Part shown: positions 1 through 9,283 of the stretch, one piece after another
Layout of the letters: each line of letters opens with the position of its first letter
Position numbering within the stretch: the stretch's first letter is position 1
Origin: a virus
Reading direction: 5' to 3' (one strand)
Length of the DNA: 40,068 bases
IMG/VR virus record: IMGVR_UViG_3300000970_000004
Location: 1 to 40,068 of that record
Position numbers and translations under genes: made by a program
Notes under the pieces: generated by a model
Databases searched by the model: none
Told to the model about the DNA's origin: nothing
What the model saw: only the letters and a program-made list of their open reading frames with translations

Positions 1-120
1 CCAGTTCTGGCATGAAAATGTATAACCTAGAATTTGAAGACACGCAGACAAACGGAACGTCAACTGAATTTGGCTTTGGGACGCAATACCTTCATTCAAT
101 GGTTAAAAATCGACTAACGA
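1..120. repeat. Terminal direct repeat, copy 1 (identical to 39949..40068)
   Basis: Base-by-base comparison shows 1..120 equals 39949..40068. The repeat is bounded by the window ends and lies inside an ORF. Confidence 0.97.
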
Positions 121-887
121 CAGCAGTCGGAACCGGGACTGATTGCACTTCAAGCCATTACTTCCTTAATGAAAACTTCGACACAGGACGCTTGGAAGTC
201 CGAATGTCACCATCATTGAATGAATTGGACTATTACACTGAAGTGATAAAGACAGGGAAAATTGTCTTCAACCAGAACAACCGCCTGTATATCGAAAACA
301 ATGGCGACCAAGTTATTTTAACAAGCCGCGTTCATGGCGGGATTACAGGAATTAGTGGTTCGGGAAAAGGCGGTTCTGGCACAGGTGACTTCAGCGAAGA
401 GATTTCAATGCGTCGCCCTAACGGAACTTGGACGGCATGGCTGGCCTTCAGCACCGCCAACGCTTCAACACAGATTGCTTCGCTTCCGGCTGACGCCGAT
501 AATCGCATTCAAGTGCGCTTTAGAATAACCAAAACCAACGGCGGTTTGGTTGATTATCTGAATGGAATTTATCTAACCACGACGTGCGATAACACCTATC
601 GTGAACCATTCTTTTTGACGCAAGCTGAAATAAATCTTTCAAGCATTGTCCCGGGAAGTCGCGTTCTAATTCGCGATACGACTGACCCACAAAACAAAAT
701 TATCTTGTTTAATGAGATTGCAAGTTCTAGTGATTTCGTGAAGTTCGTTGGCTTTACGGCGAATTTGCCGCTTGAGATTAGAGTTCGAAATGCGTCTGGC
801 GTTGATAAATACAAGCCATACGAGGCGATAGGAACTTTAACAGCAAATGGCTACAGCTTAGTAGTGAACCAAGAAAGGGACGACTAA
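1..887 (+). CDS. C-terminal part of the junction-spanning beta-helix tailspike-like protein (continues from 38526..39948; 769 aa in total)
   Basis: Same frame as the open-ended ORF starting at 38526. Position 12 corresponds to 39960, and both are 0 mod 3. Stop TAA is at 885..887. The listed start at 12 is an internal Met. Confidence 0.8.
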   Translation, partial: SSGMKMYNLEFEDTQTNGTSTEFGFGTQYLHSMVKNRLTTAVGTGTDCTSSHYFLNENFDTGRLEVRMSPSLNELDYYTEVIKTGKIVFNQNNRLYIENNGDQVILTSRVHGGITGISGSGKGGSGTGDFSEEISMRRPNGTWTAWLAFSTANASTQIASLPADADNRIQVRFRITKTNGGLVDYLNGIYLTTTCDNTYREPFFLTQAEINLSSIVPGSRVLIRDTTDPQNKIILFNEIASSSDFVKFVGFTANLPLEIRVRNASGVDKYKPYEAIGTLTANGYSLVVNQERDD

Positions 888-2326
888 TGGCATTCTGGGA
901 CGATTTTAGTTTAGACGACGCAGGGGCAGGGGTTTTCGACCTTCGCCACACTTCAGGAACGACGCGCTACAGCGTCCTTGAGCTTCACAGAGCGGTTCAA
1001 GATTTGGCTGACGACGAAACAAGCACAAGTGATGACGATAACGACATTACGCGGCCCGTTCTTTCATCACGCCAGACAGACAGGGCGATTACGCTTCTGA
1101 ACGGCCTGAATATTGACGACGCCACGGCGCAGTTCATCACAGGCGGTTCAATTACGCAGGATAATGGCGACACGCTTTATTCAGGAATTGACCTTCAGTT
1201 TTTGGTTCAGCCATTCACCGCTGACGTTTACATGTTGCAAAATGACGCCCGCGTTGACCTTCCAGTTCCAAGCGGAAACGCCGTCACAGACAGCCTTTCA
1301 TTCTTGGTAAAGGTCAAAAGCGCTGGCGCTCTTATCGACAGCGGCGACCTTCGTTTTTACACTCGCGTTTTAGGGAACACAGGTTCAGACCTTGCCGTCA
1401 ATGTTTCAGGCGGCGGTTCGACAACGGTCTTCTTGGGACCGGGTAGCGACGCAAATGTTGATAATGCAGCGGGCGCGACTTACGCGGCAATTCTCGCTGA
1501 TTTGACGATTGCATTCGGCTCTTTCAGCTTTGACGTGAACAATGGGAATGGGGCGCAAAGCTATGACGCCCAAGTCACAGTTTCAAATGACAGGACGCCG
1601 CTTGAAGTATTTCAGGCGCTTCAATACGTCACCCGGGACGGCTCAACCGTTGACCTGAATGGCGACGAAGGTCAGTTCTATCGCATTGCTTCAGCAGGCT
1701 ATACGCCGCTTCCGGCAACGCCATTGGCTTCATTCGCTGGTGGTAACATTACAGGCGCGCAGGGCGTTTACTTCACAGGCTTTGACGCTCAATATGCGCA
1801 GAACTTCATTGGAACGGCTGGCAGCGGCGCTGTTCAAACACCCCCGAACACAGTTCCGATTTCAGTCACTTCAACCGTGTCAGGTGACAGGGTTGCTGTT
1901 TTCCGGGCTGACGGCGCAGCAATCGACACAGACGAATTTGCGCTTGCGGCAGGCAACGACAGCGGCGACGGGACGGTTGAAGTCAAGTCTGCTATCGGCC
2001 AAGACCATCCGCAGTCCGGCTTTGTCCGCGTGTTCAATGGAACGTCATTTGACCGCTATGCTTACTCTTCATTCAGCGGAACAACCTTCACGCTTGACGG
2101 TGTGACGCTTTCGCAGAATTACGCTGAAGACGCTGACGCATTCGTTCCATTCATTGACGCTGACAGCACAGGCGGAACTTTAAGTTCAAGCATTATTCAG
2201 ACTGTTGCAATCCCGGTCATTGTCCGCGTTCGTAACGGTTCAGAGCCTATTGTTCCATTCGAAACGACTGGCACAATCACAGCAAACGGCTTTTCTATTG
2301 GTGCAATTCGCCAGTCAGACGCCTAG
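887..2326 (+). CDS. Virion/tail-associated protein of unknown function (479 aa)
   Basis: Long ORF coupled to the upstream stop by a TAATG overlap. G/T/S/D-rich composition typical of fibre or spike accessory proteins. No motif recognised. Confidence 0.7.
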   Translation: MAFWDDFSLDDAGAGVFDLRHTSGTTRYSVLELHRAVQDLADDETSTSDDDNDITRPVLSSRQTDRAITLLNGLNIDDATAQFITGGSITQDNGDTLYSGIDLQFLVQPFTADVYMLQNDARVDLPVPSGNAVTDSLSFLVKVKSAGALIDSGDLRFYTRVLGNTGSDLAVNVSGGGSTTVFLGPGSDANVDNAAGATYAAILADLTIAFGSFSFDVNNGNGAQSYDAQVTVSNDRTPLEVFQALQYVTRDGSTVDLNGDEGQFYRIASAGYTPLPATPLASFAGGNITGAQGVYFTGFDAQYAQNFIGTAGSGAVQTPPNTVPISVTSTVSGDRVAVFRADGAAIDTDEFALAAGNDSGDGTVEVKSAIGQDHPQSGFVRVFNGTSFDRYAYSSFSGTTFTLDGVTLSQNYAEDADAFVPFIDADSTGGTLSSSIIQTVAIPVIVRVRNGSEPIVPFETTGTITANGFSIGAIRQSDA

Positions 2327-2329
2327 TGA

Positions 2330-2923
2330 ATGGCCTATAGCGTCAACCACGCAACGCGCATTGTCACGGTTCCGCGAAATGACATGCCGCTAGTTCAATC
2401 CAGCCCCGAAATTCGGCGGCTGGATTTAAGCGTTTTTCATAACAACGTCAGACAGCTTGAAGACACTGAAGAGGGCATTATTTTTCAGACTGAAGGTCGC
2501 CCGACAGGTTTAAGCGGAATAATCGCCAAGACGCCCGAAAAGTCATTTGGCGGAACAACTTTGCCGCAAGTTATTGAGCTTATAAATAACTACAATGTCG
2601 TTTTTGAAGACGGTCTTTACGCTGTGAATGTCGAAGGCGGGAACACAAACCTAAACGACAGGACGATAAAGAACCAAGTCAGCCTATCTGTCTCAAATTC
2701 CGCTGGCCTTGTGAATGGTGACATCACTGACCAGATTGTTGAAGGCGACGAAAGCGTTCGCGACGTTCTGCGCCTTATCCGGTCTGCTGTCGTCGGAAAG
2801 GCTTCAGGCGCAGCAACAAACCAAATGCGCTTCAGAGATAAAGCGGACACTAAAGACCGCATAATTGCCGACGTTGACGAATACGGCAACCGCTCCGGCA
2901 TTCAAACGGATGCAGCGGACTAA
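2330..2923 (+). CDS. Virion-associated protein, unknown function (197 aa)
   Basis: ORF sits 3 nt after the preceding stop, in the structural block. The NVEGGNTNLNDRTIKNQVSLSVSNSAGLV segment looks like beta-helix or fibre sequence. Confidence 0.65.
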   Translation: MAYSVNHATRIVTVPRNDMPLVQSSPEIRRLDLSVFHNNVRQLEDTEEGIIFQTEGRPTGLSGIIAKTPEKSFGGTTLPQVIELINNYNVVFEDGLYAVNVEGGNTNLNDRTIKNQVSLSVSNSAGLVNGDITDQIVEGDESVRDVLRLIRSAVVGKASGAATNQMRFRDKADTKDRIIADVDEYGNRSGIQTDAAD

Positions 2924-3387
2924 TGTTCGCCCCGCGCTTCTTCGGCGTTAGGCATTTCGCCCCTAGACACTTTGCGCCCGGACTTGATGAAATCCAAATT
3001 CCCGAGCCAGTAAAGCCGCGCGGCGGCGGTTATGGCGGCTTTATTTCAGCGGACGACGCCAAGCGCGCCAACCTAGCGAAGCAGGCTTTTGACAAGCGTC
3101 AGAGAGAGTGGGACGAAGACCTTTCCCAGATTATTGAAGCAGCGTTCAACCGCGAACTGAACAAGGCGGGCATTGCTGGACCGCAAAAGAAGAAGCCCGT
3201 CAAGACGATACGAAAGAAGGTCACTCGCCGCGTTTATGATGCCGTTAAGACAGATGAAATGGGCTTCAAATTGGCAGAAATCGCGCGTCTGATTGACGAT
3301 TACGCTGAAGTAATTTCGTCGTATTGGCTTGACATAATCCGCCGACAAGATGAAGACGCAATAATTCTATTATTATTGGAAGCGTAA
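2923..3387 (+). CDS. Hypothetical structural-module protein (154 aa)
   Basis: TAATG overlap with the upstream gene. N-terminal FAPRFFGVRHFAPRHFAP repeats, a basic centre and an acidic/hydrophobic C-terminus (EDAIILLLLEA). Confidence 0.6.
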   Translation: MFAPRFFGVRHFAPRHFAPGLDEIQIPEPVKPRGGGYGGFISADDAKRANLAKQAFDKRQREWDEDLSQIIEAAFNRELNKAGIAGPQKKKPVKTIRKKVTRRVYDAVKTDEMGFKLAEIARLIDDYAEVISSYWLDIIRRQDEDAIILLLLEA

Positions 3388-3388
3388 A

Positions 3389-3703
3389 ATGACCAACGCA
3401 GCTTACAAAAAAAACTACGATAATATTGATTTTTCGGACCTTCAGGGATGCACAAGAATTAACCACTCGACTGAAGAGACTGGCAAAAGAAGCAATCTTT
3501 CCGCGCCCATTATCATTGGCGACAACATTGACGTGAAGTCAATGGCTGACGGAAAGCAATACACTTCGAAGCGCGCTTTGCGGAAATCTTACCGCGAACA
3601 AGGCTTTGTCGAAATGGGTAACGAGCGCCCAAAGCGTAAGAAGCCCAAAAGAAAACCCATCCGCGAAAGCGTTGAAAAAGCTTTTGCACAATCCAACCGC
3701 TGA
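3389..3703 (+). CDS. Small basic protein (104 aa), unknown function
   Basis: ORF starts 1 nt after the previous stop. It has a K/R-rich C-terminus (PKRKKPKRKPIRE). Confidence 0.6.
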   Translation: MTNAAYKKNYDNIDFSDLQGCTRINHSTEETGKRSNLSAPIIIGDNIDVKSMADGKQYTSKRALRKSYREQGFVEMGNERPKRKKPKRKPIRESVEKAFAQSNR

Positions 3704-3719
3704 AAGGAAAAACAGCACT

Positions 3720-4745
3720 ATGACCGACGAACTATCACAAGCAACGCCTGATGCCTCAAACGCACAAGCCGCCAGCACTGCTGACGAGCCTGTTAGTTTA
3801 GAAGCGAACATTGATGCCGCATTTGACGCAGTTGACGCCAAGATTGGCGACGACGAAGCCGCTGCTGCGAAGGCTGAAACGCCTGCTGTTGACCCTGAAA
3901 ACCCAACCCCGGAAGCTGCTGCAAATCCTGACCCGGAAGCTGAAGCCGCTGCTGCTGAAGCTGCAAAAGCCGCTGAAGCTGCTGAACAGGCCTTGGCTGC
4001 GCCGGACCGTTTCACGTCTGCTGCAAAGACAGAATGGGCAAACACGCCGCCTGCTGTTCAGGCTGAAGTTGACCGAATGAGAACGGAGCTTGAAAGCGGA
4101 TTATCTCAAAAAGACGAACAGCTTAAAAAATATGAAGGCCTTGAAGAGTTCGTTTCTTTGGCGGAAAGCCAAGGCCAAACCGTCGCTGATATGGCGAAGA
4201 ATTACGCAGGAATGGAAAACATGCTTCGGAAAGACCCGATTGCTGGCTTCCAGCAGATTGCGCAAAACCTTGGATTGAACTTCCAGCAAGTCGCTGCGCA
4301 CGTCCTGAACGTCCAGCCAAACCAACAGGCCATGCAATACGAGCAAACGATTAACGGGCTCCGCAATGAGCTTTCCGGCTTGAAATTACAGTTTCAGAAC
4401 ATCGACAATTCAATGACTGAACAGAACAACGCAGCGCTTCAAGGTGAAATTGAAGCGTTTGCCAAAGACCATGAACACTTCGAAACGGTCCGCGCCGACA
4501 TGGGCGGATTGATAAGCAGTGAAATGGCGAAAGACCTTCCCGAAGCCTATGAACTCGCTGTCAAAATGCGAGGCCTGACGGCTACACCGAAGAAAATTAC
4601 GAAAGACGAAGACTTGGCGGCTCAAACCCAAAAAGGCAAGCTTTCCGTGGACGGAGCGCCAGCTTCAGGTTCAAACCCTGATAAGGCAAAGCCGCCCAAA
4701 TCAGCAAGAGAGGCCGTTGACCGCGCATTTGCGACCATCGGCTAA
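3720..4745 (+). CDS. Putative scaffolding protein (341 aa)
   Basis: A/E-rich, helical low-complexity N-terminal half with a coiled-coil-like remainder, directly upstream of the capsid gene. ATG 3720 is preferred over the listed 3606 because 3606..3703 overlaps the plausible C-terminus of the upstream gene. Confidence 0.6.
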   Translation: MTDELSQATPDASNAQAASTADEPVSLEANIDAAFDAVDAKIGDDEAAAAKAETPAVDPENPTPEAAANPDPEAEAAAAEAAKAAEAAEQALAAPDRFTSAAKTEWANTPPAVQAEVDRMRTELESGLSQKDEQLKKYEGLEEFVSLAESQGQTVADMAKNYAGMENMLRKDPIAGFQQIAQNLGLNFQQVAAHVLNVQPNQQAMQYEQTINGLRNELSGLKLQFQNIDNSMTEQNNAALQGEIEAFAKDHEHFETVRADMGGLISSEMAKDLPEAYELAVKMRGLTATPKKITKDEDLAAQTQKGKLSVDGAPASGSNPDKAKPPKSAREAVDRAFATIG

Positions 4746-4771
4746 AGTCAACATTTTAAGGAGCATTTATT

Positions 4772-5776
4772 ATGGCACTTAATCCCACCGAGCGTTTACA
4801 AGAAGCGTTCTCATTGGCGCTTGAAGATAGGTCAAAAGGCTATGCCGACTTAGTATCTAATTCGAACGCCATTCTCTACCTAATGAAAAAAAAGGGTGGA
4901 TTTAAGAAGTTCAGCGGCCCGACTATCCGGGAACGCTTGCTTTATAACGAAAGCGGAACTTACACGCGATATAGCGGTTATCAGCTTTTAAACCCCAAAC
5001 CAGCAGAGTTGTTCAACGACGCTGAATTCATTCCGAAAATGGCGGCTGTCACAGTCACGCTTTCGGGCGAAGATATTCTTAAAAATTCTGGCTCAAACCA
5101 GATTAAGGACATCATGGCGGAGCATATCAGCGCCGCTGAAACAGAGCTTGAAGACCGTTTTTACGAAGACCTTCATTCTGACGGAACGGCTGACGGCGGT
5201 AAGCAAATTACTGGCCTGAAGGCAATCGTTCCAACTGTCGCCAACGCAGGCGTTTACGGCGGTATTTCCCGCGCGGACAACGAAATTTGGCGCACTAAGT
5301 CGTTCAACATTGGCTCTGACCCGTTTGGCGACGGCAATACAACTGTGACGGCTGACACTATCCGCGAAATCATGTCTAACGTGATTATCCAAACGACCCG
5401 CAATAAGCGCTCACCTGATTGTTTTGCAATGTCTGCTGAACATTACGTGGCTTATGAAAAGTCCGTTCAGGAAATCCAGCGGATTACGACGGAAGGCGGT
5501 CTTGGCTCTCAAGGCTTTACATCGCTTAAATATCACGGCGGCGGACGCTCCGTTGACGTGGTTCTTGAAGGCGGTATCGGAACGGCTATGCCAGCCAACA
5601 CGACTTACTGTCTCGACACTAAGGCGCTGAAGTTCCGTTTCCATCCGGACCGGAATTTTGGCAAGTTTGGCGGAAAGCAAATGCCTGTTAATCAGGACGC
5701 TATCGTTCAGCATATTGGTTTCTTCGGAAATCTTACGCTGAATAATCCGTTATTCACTTCAAAGTTCTTCACGTAA
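4772..5776 (+). CDS. Major capsid protein (334 aa)
   Basis: Strong SD (TAAGGAG) 8 nt upstream. Size and position after the scaffold-like gene fit, and an intrinsic terminator follows one small gene downstream. Family assignment is from memory only (HK97-fold podophage capsid). Confidence 0.75.
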   Translation: MALNPTERLQEAFSLALEDRSKGYADLVSNSNAILYLMKKKGGFKKFSGPTIRERLLYNESGTYTRYSGYQLLNPKPAELFNDAEFIPKMAAVTVTLSGEDILKNSGSNQIKDIMAEHISAAETELEDRFYEDLHSDGTADGGKQITGLKAIVPTVANAGVYGGISRADNEIWRTKSFNIGSDPFGDGNTTVTADTIREIMSNVIIQTTRNKRSPDCFAMSAEHYVAYEKSVQEIQRITTEGGLGSQGFTSLKYHGGGRSVDVVLEGGIGTAMPANTTYCLDTKALKFRFHPDRNFGKFGGKQMPVNQDAIVQHIGFFGNLTLNNPLFTSKFFT

Positions 5777-5835
5777 GAACGTCAACCCCAAAGCCTCCCT
5801 AGCCACGGCTAGGCGGGCAATTTAAGGATTTGGAA

Positions 5836-6114
5836 ATGGTTAAATCTGTTACACCTATCGCGGGTTTTGATGCGGAAGCGGTTCATTCAGCCTCTTCAAC
5901 ATTCAAGCCGCCTCACAGTGTCGGAACAACAATCAAAGCGGACGACGGGCATGATTATATTTATTCCCGGGCTTCAGCCGCGATTGCAGCCGACACGGTT
6001 TGCATTTTGACTGAACCAGAGCTGACAATGGCGACAGGCGCGGGAGATTGGACTTCACCGTCCACCGCTCTTGAGGCTGACGACCATGCTTGGTTTATGA
6101 AAACTGACATCTAG
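5836..6114 (+). CDS. Small capsid-associated (decoration-like?) protein (92 aa)
   Basis: ATG 5836 has AAGGA 7 nt upstream, whereas the listed start 5830 is TTG. It lies between the capsid gene and a terminator. Confidence 0.55.
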   Translation: MVKSVTPIAGFDAEAVHSASSTFKPPHSVGTTIKADDGHDYIYSRASAAIAADTVCILTEPELTMATGAGDWTSPSTALEADDHAWFMKTDI

Positions 6115-6126
6115 CAAATAAGGTTT

Positions 6127-6145
6127 GGGGGCTTCGGCCCCCTTT
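6127..6145 (+). terminator. Intrinsic terminator-like hairpin after the capsid genes
   Basis: GGGGGC-TTCG-GCCCCC stem-loop followed by TTT. The U-tract is short. Confidence 0.6.
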
Positions 6146-6159
6146 CCCGTTCTATACGA

Positions 6160-6175
6160 AAACCCTGAAAGGAAA
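6160..6175 (+). promoter_or_regulatory. Conserved leader/SD motif AAACCCTGAAAGGAAA (copy 1 of 3)
   Basis: Exact 16-mer also found at 18408..18423 and 32724..32739. It ends 5-6 nt before an ATG in every copy. Confidence 0.7.
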
Positions 6176-6180
6176 TGAAA

Positions 6181-7032
6181 ATGAGCGAACAAGCGAACGG
6201 CTGGTTTTACAAAGAGGCCGTAAAAAACGAACGTAAAAGCGCAGAAGAAAAGCGCGCTGTTTTTGATGAAGTCGTTATGGTTATGATTACCATTCCCGGC
6301 GACAATAAGAATAAATTTGTGGACATCGCCAATGATGAATACAAAGAGCGTTTCCCTGCTGCATGGAAACAATACGAAGCTTCAGAAGCCCAAGTTGGCG
6401 AAGGGACGCCGCTTGAAGAGTGGCCTTTAATGACAGTCGGACGCTGCAAAGAATTGAAGTCTTTGAACATTCATTCTGTCGAGCAGCTTGCGGAACTTCC
6501 TGACCAGTTTATTTCACGCCTTGGAATGGGCGGACGTGAACTTGTCGAGCAAGCCAAGGTTCGTGTCCTGTCGTCTGACAGTGACGCTGAAAAGCTGGCG
6601 CAGCAGGTCAAAGACCTAACAGCAGAAGTTGAAGCTCTGAAGAGTGACGGCGGCGGTTCTGAAGGCAGCACTGAAGCCGAAAAAGAAACAATCGCCATTC
6701 AAGAACGTCAGATTAAAAATCTTCAGGCGGACGTTGAAACTTTGACGGCTGAAAAATCTTCGCTGTCTGAAAGCAATCAGTCTCTTCAAAATCTATTTGA
6801 TGAAGAAAAGGCCAAAACTACAAAGCTTGAAGCTGACATTGAAGCGCTAACCACGCCGCAAGAAACGCCCAAAGCTGAAGACGCAGCCAAGGGCGACGGA
6901 GCCAAGGTTGACGCTAAGGCTGCTGAAGACGAAGAGAAATCCGCCCTGCGCGCTCAAATCAAGGAAAAGACTGGTTCTGCTGTGAAAGGCAACCCTTCCC
7001 TTGAAACTCTTCGCAAAATGGCAGCTGAATAG
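6181..7032 (+). CDS. Conserved phage protein with an acidic coiled-coil C-terminal half (283 aa)
   Basis: ATG 6181 gives the same 7-nt SD spacing as the other copies of the leader motif. The listed ATG 6175 lies only 1 nt from the SD. The C-terminal half is E/K/A-rich heptad-like sequence. Confidence 0.7.
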   Translation: MSEQANGWFYKEAVKNERKSAEEKRAVFDEVVMVMITIPGDNKNKFVDIANDEYKERFPAAWKQYEASEAQVGEGTPLEEWPLMTVGRCKELKSLNIHSVEQLAELPDQFISRLGMGGRELVEQAKVRVLSSDSDAEKLAQQVKDLTAEVEALKSDGGGSEGSTEAEKETIAIQERQIKNLQADVETLTAEKSSLSESNQSLQNLFDEEKAKTTKLEADIEALTTPQETPKAEDAAKGDGAKVDAKAAEDEEKSALRAQIKEKTGSAVKGNPSLETLRKMAAE

Positions 7033-7034
7033 CC

Positions 7035-7730
7035 ATGACCGTTCTAGCCGTCATTCAGCGAGTTTGCCCGAAAATAGGGCTTTCCATTCCAACAGCCGTG
7101 TTTGGTTCAACCGAGCGCGAACACATCGAACTTGCTGAAATGGCAAACGATGTGGCTGAAAAGATTGTTGAAGCCCATGACTGGCAAGCCTTGACGGTGG
7201 AACACACTATTCAGGGCAACGGGACGACTGAAGCGTTCGACTTTCCAGCGGATTATGACCGCATGATTTTAAACGGTGACGTTTGGAATAGTCGAACGAA
7301 CAACCCCGTTGACCCTCTTGACCTGAACACGTTTCTTAGCCGCGAAGTTCGCGGTTTTGACGTGTATTCAGCTTACGTCATTCGCGGCAATCAAATAATT
7401 ATCCGGCCAATTATGGGCGCGGATGAAACTTGCCGTTTTCACTATATCAAGAAAACGTGCATCACTGGCGTTGCTGACGGCACAAGCAATCACAATGAAT
7501 GCTTCACAAGCGACGACGACGTTTTCAATCTTCCTGACCGCCTTCTTCGCCTTGGAATGATTTGGCAGTGGCGGGAAAGCAAAGGCCTTCCTTACGCTGA
7601 AGACATGGAAAACTTCGAAATTGCGCTGGCGAAAGAAGTTCGTTCAGAGCGCGGTTCTAAGGTTCTTGTTATCGGCGGGAACAAGCTTCGCGGATATAAA
7701 ACCGCATACCCCCACGCGATTGTTTCCTAA
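7035..7730 (+). CDS. Putative head-tail adaptor / tail tubular protein A-like (231 aa)
   Basis: Size and position immediately upstream of a 517-aa protein match the short-tailed phage adaptor/nozzle gene pair. No diagnostic motif. Confidence 0.4.
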   Translation: MTVLAVIQRVCPKIGLSIPTAVFGSTEREHIELAEMANDVAEKIVEAHDWQALTVEHTIQGNGTTEAFDFPADYDRMILNGDVWNSRTNNPVDPLDLNTFLSREVRGFDVYSAYVIRGNQIIIRPIMGADETCRFHYIKKTCITGVADGTSNHNECFTSDDDVFNLPDRLLRLGMIWQWRESKGLPYAEDMENFEIALAKEVRSERGSKVLVIGGNKLRGYKTAYPHAIVS

Positions 7731-9283
7731 TGCGTAAGGCGCTGAACAGAAACAGGGCGGTTGCCCGGGACAAGACGTTTGACGCCCCTGTTCGCGGCTG
7801 GCTTCAATCTGTGAATAAGGGCAAGGTCACCCCTGAAACAGCAACCATTCTTGACAACTGGTTTCCTGAAATTGACGGCATTCGCGCCCGGTCAGGAACC
7901 GAAAGATTTGCGCGCATTCCAAATCGCGTTGAAAGCATGTTTTCTTATGAGGCTGGTTCGATTGAGCAGCTTTTTGCTGCTGACGAAAACAATATTTACA
8001 ACATCACTGCGCCTGCTGACGCTGAAACGAACGTGGCTGCGACTGTGACGGGTCAGACTAACGGCAAATATTCAACAGCGACAATGGCGACTTCTGGCGG
8101 CGTGTTTCTTACGGCTGTAAACGGCGCTGACACGCGCCAAGTATTTGACGGGACGAACTGGACAACGCCCGCAATAACTGGCGTTGACAGCGCCGATTTG
8201 TCGAATGTTTGGGCTTATAGAAACAGGCTCTTCTTTGCCGAAAAGGACAGCTTAAGCGCATGGTATTTGGGGACCGAAAGCATTTCCGGCGCTGCGCAGC
8301 AGATTTCGCTGGCGGGCGTCTTTGCCAAGGCTGGTTCAATTCTCTTTGGCGCTACATGGTCGCTTGATGCTGGCGACGGACTTGACGACTTATGTGTTTT
8401 CGTTTCGACAAATGGCGAAGTCGCGGTTTACCAAGGAAACAACCCTTCAGACGTGGACGCATGGGCGCTGCGAGGTGTTTACGACATTGGTCCTCCTCTT
8501 GGTCCTGACGCATATTACAGGGTTGGTGGCGACCTTCTAATTGCGACAGAAGACGGTTTAATCCCATTATCATCGGCAACTCAAAAGGACAGAACTACGC
8601 TGTCCTTAACCGCTTTAAGTTTCAATATAGAAAACGCATGGCGGAAAGAGGTCAGTAAGCGTCATTCATTTTGGAGAATTACGAAATGGCCTGAAAAGAA
8701 TATGGCCTTCGTCACGTTTTACGAGCAAAGCGGCTCCGTTGATTATCAGTTTGTTGTGAACACTAGAACGAACGCATGGACCCGCTTTACAGGTTGGGAT
8801 ATGCAAGCGCTGGCGCTGTTCAAAGACCAGATTTATTTCGGCACTGCTGAAGGTCGAATTATGTTTGCAGAGCGCGGCGGTGCTGACGACGGTCAGCCAT
8901 ATGTTGCAACTCTCGTTGGGGATTACGACCATTTGGGAGCCCCGGCGCGCACTAAAGTCGGACGTATGGCGCAAGGCGTTTTTATTTCCAGTTTGCCGTT
9001 CAAGCCTGAAATCGGAATTTCGACTGACTTCAAAGACCAGACAGGAATTTCACCTTCTATTGCAGCAAGCCCGGTTCAGTCAGATTGGGACGCTGGACTT
9101 TGGGACGCAGCGACATGGGACGGCGAAGAGGCTCAACAAATAACAACGAAATGGGTTTCAGCGTTCCGCTATGGTCAGTATATCGCGCCAATGGTTCAGG
9201 TCGCGTTTTCAGACACAGCGGAGCCAAAAGTGAAGCTTGTCGCTGTCAATCTTACTTATGAATATGGAGAGCGCGCGCAGTGA
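7730..9283 (+). CDS. Putative tail nozzle / tail tubular protein B-like (517 aa)
   Basis: TAATG coupling to the adaptor-like gene. The N-terminal LDNWFPEIDGIRARSG segment resembles podophage nozzle or stabilisation proteins (from memory). Confidence 0.45.
   Translation: MRKALNRNRAVARDKTFDAPVRGWLQSVNKGKVTPETATILDNWFPEIDGIRARSGTERFARIPNRVESMFSYEAGSIEQLFAADENNIYNITAPADAETNVAATVTGQTNGKYSTATMATSGGVFLTAVNGADTRQVFDGTNWTTPAITGVDSADLSNVWAYRNRLFFAEKDSLSAWYLGTESISGAAQQISLAGVFAKAGSILFGATWSLDAGDGLDDLCVFVSTNGEVAVYQGNNPSDVDAWALRGVYDIGPPLGPDAYYRVGGDLLIATEDGLIPLSSATQKDRTTLSLTALSFNIENAWRKEVSKRHSFWRITKWPEKNMAFVTFYEQSGSVDYQFVVNTRTNAWTRFTGWDMQALALFKDQIYFGTAEGRIMFAERGGADDGQPYVATLVGDYDHLGAPARTKVGRMAQGVFISSLPFKPEIGISTDFKDQTGISPSIAASPVQSDWDAGLWDAATWDGEEAQQITTKWVSAFRYGQYIAPMVQVAFSDTAEPKVKLVAVNLTYEYGERAQ

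Noticed and set aside
3606-3719. Upstream extension of the scaffold ORF (listed start 3606)
   Set aside because: It overlaps the convincing basic C-terminus of the preceding gene by 98 nt. ATG 3720 follows that gene's stop and an SD-like GAAAGGAAA.
3539-4045. 168-aa - strand ORF (A/S/G-rich) opposite the scaffold gene
   Set aside because: It is the antisense shadow of a GCN/GAA-rich low-complexity coding region. It has no SD and runs against a tightly coupled + strand operon.
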